Origin: Candidatus Hodarchaeota archaeon
GTDB lineage: Archaea; Asgardarchaeota; Heimdallarchaeia; Hodarchaeales; Hodarchaeaceae
Assembly: GCA_016839785.1 (NCBI GenBank)
Contig: JAEOTQ010000042.1
Location: 1 to 15,850 of the forward strand
Reading direction: 5' to 3'
DNA length: 15,850 bases
A program made the translations under genes and the position numbers. The notes beneath the pieces were generated by a model that saw nothing but the letters and a program-made list of their open reading frames with translations, did no database searches and was not told the origin of the DNA. Below, piece after piece: positions 8,545 through 15,245 of this stretch. Position 1 is the first letter of the stretch. Each line of letters starts with the position of its first letter.

Positions 8545-9402
8545 CTATGTAATTGTTAGGAAATTTGCAATTAAGGAACTAGTAATCAGAAATAGCACAC
8601 CCATTATATATTTTCTTGTTTTATGAACATAATCAACATTATTATGCTGTTTTATTAGTTTGAAAATGGGAAATAACGCCAGTAAGATGATTACCTCTAC
8701 TGCCCAAAAGAGGAGTGTAAAAAGGCTATCTGTAGTCAGTAAAATCCCATGGTATAGGATTATACTTAGTAAATAGAGGCCAATTACTAATACTGCGGCT
8801 TTTCTGGTACCTAATACAACAGGGATGGTATTTTTCTGATTTTTTCCATCCCATTCCACGTCAGCCATGTCTTTGTGCATTTCGAAAGCAACTACAACAA
8901 TGAAAATTAATAGGAAAAATAATAAAATTTCAATAGATATGCTCTGTGGATTGGTTGCAAATACACCAACTATTAATGATGATGAAATCCCGAATGAGGT
9001 CACAATATTCTTTACTAATAGCACATTTTTCAATTGCCATGAATAGAGCACAGATAAAATAGCAACACTTGCGGAGAGAAGAAATGAATAAAGATTAAGG
9101 TAAAATGCTAAAATTAATCCAAGTATGGTTTCTAGGATAAATATGACTGTAGCTTCCTTCACTGAAATTCCTTTTCTAGGAATAGGTCTTTTTGGCTTCT
9201 CAAAAATGTCTATTTCTCTATCCATAATGTCATTTATTGTATTCGTACTGGCGGAGAGGAGTAATCCTACCAAAAACCCGAAAACTAGTTTCAAGTCCAG
9301 AGTGGCTTCTGTTGATGAGATGATCATACCAAAAATGACGACTAATCCTACTATTATTGAAGCTTTGAGGCGTGCTAGATCAGTAATTGCTCTTAATTCC
9401 AT
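8545..9402 (-). CDS. UbiA-family prenyltransferase, probable digeranylgeranylglyceryl phosphate synthase
   Basis: Asp-rich motifs NDIMDREID...KRPIP and KDMADVEWD...TIP, plus multiple TM helices. Confidence 0.85.
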   Translation of the reverse strand: MELRAITDLARLKASIIVGLVVIFGMIISSTEATLDLKLVFGFLVGLLLSASTNTINDIMDREIDIFEKPKRPIPRKGISVKEATVIFILETILGLILAFYLNLYSFLLSASVAILSVLYSWQLKNVLLVKNIVTSFGISSSLIVGVFATNPQSISIEILLFFLLIFIVVVAFEMHKDMADVEWDGKNQKNTIPVVLGTRKAAVLVIGLYLLSIILYHGILLTTDSLFTLLFWAVEVIILLALFPIFKLIKQHNNVDYVHKTRKYIMGVLFLITSSLIANFLTIT

Positions 9403-9733
9403 TTACTTTCACGGTCAAAAAAAGAATTTATCTATTATTGTCAGAAAATTAACTCCTTTTTATTAATCGCGATCCCGTAACCACAAGAAGTAATTCTGTA
9501 TTTTCTTAGCGTACAAACTAGAGGGTGTAGTGTATTAAAATGCAGTAGCGAGTGAGAATTTTATGTATTCGCAAATAAAAAATTCTTAAATCTCAACCAA
9601 GTTTATATTTTACAAATAAGATTTTAACACTCAATAAAATCCCTTAAAACGGTCATAATTCATTATTTAAACAGATTCTGTTTGAATTTATGATATTTGA
9701 TGAACACATTCAAGAAATGGAGTCCTGTATTCA

Positions 9734-9895
9734 TTGCCAATTACTGATCCAGAGAAAAGAGACATTGTGCGTAGTGCCCTCCTTGATATGATGATCTGTC
9801 GAAAGTGCTATGCTCGAAATCCTGCCAATGCCACTAAATGCCGTCGCTGTCGATCAACAAGACTTCGTCCCAAGCGGAAAGAGAGAGCAGGGTAA
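9734..9895 (+). CDS. rpl40e: 50S ribosomal protein L40e (missed by ORF track)
   Basis: TTG start gives MPITDPEKRDIVRSALLDMMICRKCYARNPANATKCRRCRSTRLRPKRKERAG, a CxxC...CxxC Zn ribbon. GGAG lies at 9719-9722. Confidence 0.95.
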   Translation: MPITDPEKRDIVRSALLDMMICRKCYARNPANATKCRRCRSTRLRPKRKERAG

Positions 9896-9976
9896 CTTAT
9901 TTTCGGTTTCACAATTTCTTGGATACAATTTGTATCTGATTGACTTGGGCTAACTCTTAAAATTGGAGGATTTGTT

Positions 9977-11011
9977 TTGCGTCTAATTGATGGTAGCCAA
10001 GGTGAAGGTGGAGGTTCAGTATTACGTATTGCTACAGCCTTTGCATTAGTCAATCAAGAATCGATCACCATTGAAAATATTCGGAAGAAAAGGCCCGTAA
10101 CCGGACTTCGACCGCAACATCTTTTAGGTTTGCGTGCTTTGACAGATTTATGCTCTGGAGAATTAGTCGGTGGAGAAATTGGATCTGAAAAGATAACATT
10201 TCATCCTGGTTCTGACTGGAAATCAAATCTTGTGGTTAACATTCCAACTGCAGGAAGTATTGGCTTAGTTCTTCAGATCCTTCAAATCGGGATGCTAGCT
10301 TCTTCGAATCTTAGAGTCAATCTAACGTTTCAGGGTGGTGGGACATTTGGAAAGTGGGCTCCTAGTATCAATTATATCGAAATGGTAACATGGCAAATCT
10401 TCAAGCAGATGAATTATAATCTAGAATTAACCGTTAATCAACACGGTTTTTACCCTAAAGGAGGAGCTGAAGTGAAGGTCTCAATGAATTCACCCTCTAA
10501 TTTAACTGGTATAAATTTAAAACAGGAAGGAGAGATCACAAAAACCATTATTGATTCAGTTGCAACAACGCATTTAAAAAATGCTAGAGTAGCTGAAAGG
10601 CAGGCAGAAGAAATTCAACGTAGTCTAGCTGAACATGATATTGGAGCAACAGTCAATATTTCTATTTTAAATGCTAACAATCCAGGTTCAGGAGTTCTTG
10701 TATATTCCCCTACTGGTAATACGATAATTGCGGGAGATGCAGTTGGTGAAAAAAGAAAACCAGCAGAAAGAATTGGACAGATTGCCTTTAAAAATTATTT
10801 TATGACATTATCTAACCATTGTAGTGTAGATAGGTTCCTAGCAGATCAGATATTACCTGTGATGGCCTTAGCAAATTCCTCGAGTACATTTATTACTCCA
10901 ACTCTCACAAAACATACGAGAACTAATATTGATCTTATAGAGGCCTTAACAGACGCTAAAGTGACAATTCAGAAAATAGAGAACAAATTTCTAGTGTCTG
11001 TTGATGTTTAA
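9977..11011 (+). CDS. rtcA: RNA 3'-terminal phosphate cyclase
   Basis: Motifs IDGSQGEGGG, GLRPQH, GFYPKGG, DRFLADQ and the catalytic His in TKHTRTN. GGAGG SD lies 7 nt before the TTG start. Confidence 0.95.
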   Translation: MRLIDGSQGEGGGSVLRIATAFALVNQESITIENIRKKRPVTGLRPQHLLGLRALTDLCSGELVGGEIGSEKITFHPGSDWKSNLVVNIPTAGSIGLVLQILQIGMLASSNLRVNLTFQGGGTFGKWAPSINYIEMVTWQIFKQMNYNLELTVNQHGFYPKGGAEVKVSMNSPSNLTGINLKQEGEITKTIIDSVATTHLKNARVAERQAEEIQRSLAEHDIGATVNISILNANNPGSGVLVYSPTGNTIIAGDAVGEKRKPAERIGQIAFKNYFMTLSNHCSVDRFLADQILPVMALANSSSTFITPTLTKHTRTNIDLIEALTDAKVTIQKIENKFLVSVDV

Positions 11012-11332
11012 CTTCGCCGTTGTCTCTCTGAGCCATTGAAGATACTCCTCACTCCCTGTATGAATTTTGTATACTGCAAAAGCAGGAGTTTCATAAGAAT
11101 GAACCGACTTGAGCAGTTTTTCTAATGTCTCAACGAGCGATTCACGAGTTTTTACCCAGACAATGACCTCATTTTCCTCTTCAATGGTCTCTTTCCATCT
11201 GTAAATGGATCTTACATCAGAAATGATGTTTACACAGGCCGCAAGGTGTTCTTCGATCACTCGTATACCAAAATGTTTAGCATCTTCTAAATTAGGAAAA
11301 GTTGTATAAACTGCTACAAACAAGACATTCAC
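10991..11332 (-). CDS. cutA: Divalent-cation tolerance protein CutA
   Basis: Motifs YTTFP, LAACVN, SIYRW, EExE and HSYETP. Confidence 0.93.
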   Translation of the reverse strand: MNVLFVAVYTTFPNLEDAKHFGIRVIEEHLAACVNIISDVRSIYRWKETIEEENEVIVWVKTRESLVETLEKLLKSVHSYETPAFAVYKIHTGSEEYLQWLRETTAKLNINRH

Positions 11333-11340
11333 CTTTCATA

Positions 11341-11679
11341 TTATTTATGATATCCGAATCGGTGTTCTGATCGACATAATAAACACAGATAGTGAATCTG
11401 TTTTTTCTTACTATTTAACCGTACCTTAGTTGTATCACTGGTAAATGGAGCAAGACATTTATGGCAATATAGCTGTCGGAATGGTTTAGGAAGGTGAAAT
11501 CTACCTCGCATTCCCATTTTCTTGGCTGATTGAATATACTCTCTTGATAAATCGGGATCTGTCGATCGAAGATCAAAACTTCTTTGAAGGAGATAATTAA
11601 TTGCTTCAGAAAAGAGGACTTTCTTTGTTTGCTTTTCTGTTCTCGGTCGTCGTTTTTTCCTTTGCTTCGAGGGAGCCAT
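11341..11679 (-). CDS. rnp4: Ribonuclease P protein component 4 (Rpp21/Rpr2)
   Basis: A helical N-terminal part (LSREYIQSAKKMGMR..FHLPK) is followed by the YCHKC...CLLC..EHRF Zn ribbon. Confidence 0.9.
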   Translation of the reverse strand: MAPSKQRKKRRPRTEKQTKKVLFSEAINYLLQRSFDLRSTDPDLSREYIQSAKKMGMRGRFHLPKPFRQLYCHKCLAPFTSDTTKVRLNSKKKQIHYLCLLCRSEHRFGYHK

Positions 11680-11984
11680 ATAATCAGACGTCCAATTACC
11701 TTATCTCCTTAACCACGATTTTTGATTCAACCAAAACTTATATTTTTTACTTTTTATACTCATGATCAAATTCCTATATTGAAAGCACATTGATTTTACA
11801 TTTGGAAATATTTATTGTTCTTCTCATAATAACTACCACAAATCTTCATTCCTAGGGGACTAATCCATAGAAATAAATATCAAAGAAGTGCAAGAAACCT
11901 TTTTAGTTTAAAGCAAGGGGGGAAGAACTGCCAAGAAAGGGCTATAGTCAAAGGATTTCTGCTCCGATAGTGTAGCTTGGCCCA

Positions 11985-12014
11985 TGAGGGCATCAATGCG
12001 ATACCTACGGCTAA
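11985..12014 (+). other. tRNA-Glu intron 1 (30 nt, 21/22)
   Basis: Central helix GGCC/GGCT with bulges CA|T and AA|T. Confidence 0.85.
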
Positions 12015-12037
12015 TCATATCGGGCTTTCGCCTCGAT

Positions 12038-12068
12038 ATAGGATTACACCAGAAGTCTCCTGCGAGAG
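12038..12068 (+). other. tRNA-Glu intron 2 (31 nt, 44/45, variable loop)
   Basis: Central helix CTCG/CGAG, bulges AT|A and AG|G, intron helix TAGGA/TCCTG. Confidence 0.85.
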
Positions 12069-12139
12069 GACCCGGGTTCAAATCCCGGTCGGAGCATTTC
12101 CTTAGCATATGGTTTCCTTTCTTTTTAGAGTGATTAGAA

Positions 12140-12382
12140 ATGAGTCGACCTTTAGATGTCTTATCAAATGCTTTGAATCAAACGGTAATCGTTAAGATGA
12201 GAGCCTGGCGTGAGATTCGTGGCACATTACGTAGCTATGATCCCCATCTTAATCTATACCTGGAGAGTGCTGAAATGATTCATCCAGGCAATGAGGAAAC
12301 AGGTGAAGAAGAACGTACAGAAACCCTTGGGAATATTATTCTTAGGGGAGACAATGTAATCCTTATCTCACCTCCATCATAG
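12140..12382 (+). CDS. Sm-like archaeal protein (SmAP1/Lsm)
   Basis: RPLDVL, Sm1 motif GTLRSYDPHLNLYL and Sm2 motif LRGDNVILISP. The position upstream of rpl37e is the classic one. Confidence 0.95.
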   Translation: MSRPLDVLSNALNQTVIVKMRAWREIRGTLRSYDPHLNLYLESAEMIHPGNEETGEEERTETLGNIILRGDNVILISPPS

Positions 12383-12425
12383 ACTTGTATCTCAGATCAA
12401 CACAAATTTATCGAGCTGTAATAAA

Positions 12426-12614
12426 ATGACAAAAGGAACAACCTCACGAGGAAAACGTACATCACATAGGACACACATGCAATGTAGACGCTGTGGAAAC
12501 CGTAGTTTTCATAAACGTAAAGGTCGATGCGCATCCTGTGGATATCCAAGTCCCAAGCTAAGACGGTTTGGGTGGCAACGAAAGAATTTTAATCACCGTC
12601 GAAGGATAACCTAA
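12426..12614 (+). CDS. rpl37e: 50S ribosomal protein L37e
   Basis: MTKGTTSRGKR...THMQCRRCG..SFH....CASCGYP. Confidence 0.97.
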   Translation: MTKGTTSRGKRTSHRTHMQCRRCGNRSFHKRKGRCASCGYPSPKLRRFGWQRKNFNHRRRIT

Positions 12615-12636
12615 ATACATTGCCGAGGTAGCTTAG

Positions 12637-12663
12637 AGTTTACTCCCATGAGTAAACGAGTAA
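12637..12663 (+). other. tRNA-Phe intron 1 (27 nt, 15/16)
   Basis: Central helix GCTT/GAGT, bulges AG|A and AA|C, perfect 8-bp intron helix GTTTACTC/GAGTAAAC. Confidence 0.88.
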
Positions 12664-12671
12664 CCCGGGAG

Positions 12672-12703
12672 GATTGTCTCCTTAATTGGAGATGATTCCC
12701 GTA
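12672..12703 (+). other. tRNA-Phe intron 2 (32 nt, 22/23)
   Basis: Central helix CGGG/CCCG, bulges AG|G and TA|A, intron helix ATTGTCTCC/GGAGATGAT. Confidence 0.88.
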
Positions 12704-12718
12704 AGCGCTGGACTGAAG

Positions 12719-12743
12719 TCTGAGGATTGTTTAATCGTCAGAA
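12719..12743 (+). other. tRNA-Phe intron 3 (25 nt, canonical 37/38)
   Basis: Central helix CTGA/TCAG with bulges AG|T and AA|A. Confidence 0.92.
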
Positions 12744-12765
12744 ATCCAGTTGCCGTGCGTTCAAA

Positions 12766-12801
12766 AGGCATTCATAGGGAACAGGTGTCCCTCCCTGAAA
12801 T
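12766..12801 (+). other. tRNA-Phe intron 4 (36 nt, 59/60, T-loop)
   Basis: Strict BHB made of the T-stem, central helix TTCA/TGAA, bulges AA|A and AT|T, and intron helix GG/CC. Confidence 0.9.
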
Positions 12802-12856
12802 TCGCACCCTCGGCACTACTTTCTCCTTTAGTATTCATAGAATTTCAATTTTTTCC

Positions 12857-13132
12857 ATGACTAAATTTGTCAGACAACTATTTCGAAAATAGTTCTGGAC
12901 AGGATGAGTCACACATCCACTATCCGGCAGGTTTGCAATCCGAGAATGACTGCTTTCCATTAGGACTACTTGAACAAGGCCTATTTGTAATATTCCAACT
13001 ACTGTGAATTTCCATCAATTTGGGTCATTCTTCTCTTGCCTTTGACGGATAACTCGTCTAACGTAGTTACAAGGGAATCTGACCGAGACGCTAATTCAAT
13101 TTATTAGTCATCACCTCGCTTAGAAGAGGTGA
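12857..13132. ncRNA. Second candidate structured ncRNA (unassigned, strand uncertain)
   Basis: ORF-free segment with nested long-range helices ATGACTAA/TTAGTCAT, GTCAGA/TCTGAC, TATCCG/CGGATA and GAGAATGAC/GTCATTCTT, plus several hairpins. Confidence 0.45.
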
Positions 13133-13386
13133 GAGAGGGAGATTTTTTAAGTTTGAAAGAGAGAGGTCAATGAAAATGGGAATTAGTGCTCTGTCGGATG
13201 AAAATGATCATGTTTTTTTGAAAGGTGGAATTAACTATCATAATTTTTGCTGATTAATTTTGACCTAGATACAAATTTCTCAAGTTAGATTGATAATTCT
13301 TTCAGGATCAGAAATCTATTAAATTGGGGAAGTATCTTATAGCGGTAAGAAAGATTTCCATAAAGAAAAAATCGGAGTAAATCAGA

Positions 13387-14067
13387 ATGAAACCAGTAAT
13401 TACGCTTTCTCTTGGTGGCTCAATTATTAATCCAGGTCAAATTGATGTTAAATTTCTAGAAGGTTTTTCTAAGATTATCCATCAACTTATTCCAAAATTT
13501 AAGTTTATGATTGTTTGTGGTGGGGGAAAAGTCGCACGAGAATATATCCATGCGCTTCCTCACGGGCTGACTGAGGGGGAACGGGATTATATGGGAATTG
13601 CTGCAACATGGTTAAATGCAGAATTGTTAACATTTTATTTCAAAGGTTTATGTGGCCCCGTATTACCCAGAACGGTCGAGGACTTGAGGCAGCAGTTACA
13701 GCATTTTGATGTGGGCTTATCTGGCGGATTTTTACCCGCGGTAAAAACTGATGAAGATGCAGCAATCGTTGCGGACCTATTCGGATCACCAATTTTAATC
13801 AATGTTACAAATGTTGATGGAATTTATGATAAGGATCCAAGAGATAACTCTGATGCTAAAAAATATGATAAATTAACCTCTAAGGAATTTTATGAAGTTA
13901 TCTCTCCTCTTTCTATAGGAGCAGGGTCTAATGCCCCTTTTACACTTATTGCAGCAAAAATTTGTGAACGATCCAATATGCGTATTATTATTTGTCCCAA
14001 AGATCTAAATAAGATCCGACAAGCAATTGAGGGAGTAAATGTGGGTACAGTAATTCAAAATGCATGA
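13387..14067 (+). CDS. pyrH: Uridylate kinase (archaeal type)
   Basis: Motifs LSLGGS, VCGGGKVAREYI, DYMGIAAT, TDEDAA and TNVDGIYDKDP. Confidence 0.95.
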   Translation: MKPVITLSLGGSIINPGQIDVKFLEGFSKIIHQLIPKFKFMIVCGGGKVAREYIHALPHGLTEGERDYMGIAATWLNAELLTFYFKGLCGPVLPRTVEDLRQQLQHFDVGLSGGFLPAVKTDEDAAIVADLFGSPILINVTNVDGIYDKDPRDNSDAKKYDKLTSKEFYEVISPLSIGAGSNAPFTLIAAKICERSNMRIIICPKDLNKIRQAIEGVNVGTVIQNA

Positions 14068-14073
14068 ACTGAA

Positions 14074-15078
14074 TTGAAAAAGATTAGAGAAGAAAGAAAT
14101 TGCGAAACGCTCCTATTTCCTAAATGCGTCTCAAATACAACTTATGGTGTTACCCAGTTTTGGGCTGAGGAATATTGGACATGGTTACAAATACAGAAGA
14201 TTCGGAAAAAATACCCTTTCATCGATTTGAGCGGTTTAGTTAATAGAGAATTTGAAAATCATTTGAACGAGCTCCTCATCAACAAACCCCATAACAAAAT
14301 ATTGGACACGAACTCTTTTACAGAAGTACCTAAAGATTCTTGGGTAATCAGCAATAACATGTTAACAATTGCTACATCCCATGCCCCCTCACGTTATAAA
14401 GCTCAGAGGCTCTTGAGAAGATATAAAGAGAAATGTCGAATCCTCACAATTGATGCTCACTACGATTTAGGGAATTATTCAGGTATCCATGGAGCATGGA
14501 TTACAGACAAATTAGCAAGGCACACATGTGTTATAGGGGGCTGGGATGAGACATTATATGAATTGAAAGCAGCTCAATCATTTATTCCTTACATTGAATC
14601 AAGTCTAACTATATTAAGTGAAAACAATTCGTTTTTAAGATGGATTGCTGACAAAAAGGTTTATATATCAATAGATCTAGATTTTTTTCCCCCTGCAGCT
14701 GAATATTACGGATTATCATCATTTTGGAATCGTAATTTGTTTATTGGCCATAGTTTGAATTTAAATCAACAAATTCAAATGTTAGGAGAAAATATTGACC
14801 TGGCCACTCCAACTCTTATTGGCAAAACTATCAATCTCTTTGAAAATTTATCCTCCTTTCGGAAAGAGAAGATAATAAGTATCAATTCACACCTACGGAT
14901 GCTCATGAATCTTATTGAAGAAATCGTTATTCTATTTCAAAATACTTCCTCTTCCCTATTAGGAATGGATCTAGTTGAATACTCTGCCATATGTGATTGG
15001 GATCATTTAACCATTAATGCCCTGATGAAACATTTCAATCTATTTAAGAGTGCACTTCAGCCCATTATTGAAAAATAA
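14074..15078 (+). CDS. Divergent arginase/ureohydrolase-fold metalloprotein
   Basis: IDAHYD (DAHxD), YISIDLDFF (SxDxD) and GMDLVEY occur in the family order. The GGDH motif is replaced by ATSH. Confidence 0.6.
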   Translation: MKKIREERNCETLLFPKCVSNTTYGVTQFWAEEYWTWLQIQKIRKKYPFIDLSGLVNREFENHLNELLINKPHNKILDTNSFTEVPKDSWVISNNMLTIATSHAPSRYKAQRLLRRYKEKCRILTIDAHYDLGNYSGIHGAWITDKLARHTCVIGGWDETLYELKAAQSFIPYIESSLTILSENNSFLRWIADKKVYISIDLDFFPPAAEYYGLSSFWNRNLFIGHSLNLNQQIQMLGENIDLATPTLIGKTINLFENLSSFRKEKIISINSHLRMLMNLIEEIVILFQNTSSSLLGMDLVEYSAICDWDHLTINALMKHFNLFKSALQPIIEK

Positions 15079-15245
15079 TCACGTTCATGAATTGTCATTA
15101 TCTACTTGATTTGAAATCAACCAGATCATTATCCCCTTCTTTCGTTATTATCATTGATAATACTTTTATTAGTGTGTTGAAAGAAAGAAATATGGAGTAA
15201 GGGGCGAATACAATTTAACTAGTAGTTTTACAGGAGAAATTTACC

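Larger units (their letters stand above)
11961..12096 (+). tRNA. tRNA-Glu(TTC) with two non-canonical introns (21/22 and 44/45)
   Basis: Spliced sequence GCTCCGA TA GTG TAGCTTGGCCCA|T CAT A TCGGG CTTTCGC CTCGA T|GAC CCGGG TTCAAAT CCCGG TCGGAGC A. Anticodon at 12027-12029. Confidence 0.92.
12622..12815 (+). tRNA. tRNA-Phe(GAA) with four introns (15/16, 22/23, 37/38, 59/60)
   Basis: Spliced 74-nt sequence GCCGAGG TA GCTT AG|CCCGGGA G|AGC G CTGGA CTGAAG|A TCCAG TTGCC GTGCG TTCAAA|T CGCAC CCTCGGC A. Anticodon at 12715-12717. Each junction has a BHB-type motif. Confidence 0.9.

Noticed and set aside
9125-9466. 113-aa plus-strand ORF
   Set aside because: Antisense shadow of the UbiA-family gene.
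9690-9791. 33-codon ATG ORF with CIHC overlapping the start of rpl40e
   Set aside because: Short, out of frame with a conserved gene, and only one CxxC, so likely chance.
9808-10053. 81-aa minus-strand ORF
   Set aside because: Antisense to rpl40e and rtcA, which are both well supported.
12031-12057. Alternative canonical 37/38 intron in tRNA-Glu using CTTT/GAAG as central helix
   Set aside because: It would leave a mismatched anticodon stem and an 8-nt variable region. The 44/45 model gives a canonical tRNA and a better intron helix.
11908-12108. 66-aa minus-strand ORF
   Set aside because: It is the reverse complement of the tRNA-Glu gene.
12686-12892. 68-aa plus-strand ORF
   Set aside because: Overlaps the intron-containing tRNA-Phe.
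12857-13114. SRP RNA or C/D-box sRNA interpretation of the second element (minus strand has TGTAA with loop-loop complementarity, GTGATGA and CTGA)
   Set aside because: There is no SRP helix-8 motif (CAGG...GGAA...AGCA). The box C-like sequence sits in a Watson-Crick terminal helix and is not juxtaposed with the CTGA.
15087-15245. 37-aa ORF or stop-codon readthrough into aRF1 from ATG 15087/15192
   Set aside because: It would need readthrough of two in-frame TAA codons (15198 and 15216), and the longer ORF spans the likely promoter.
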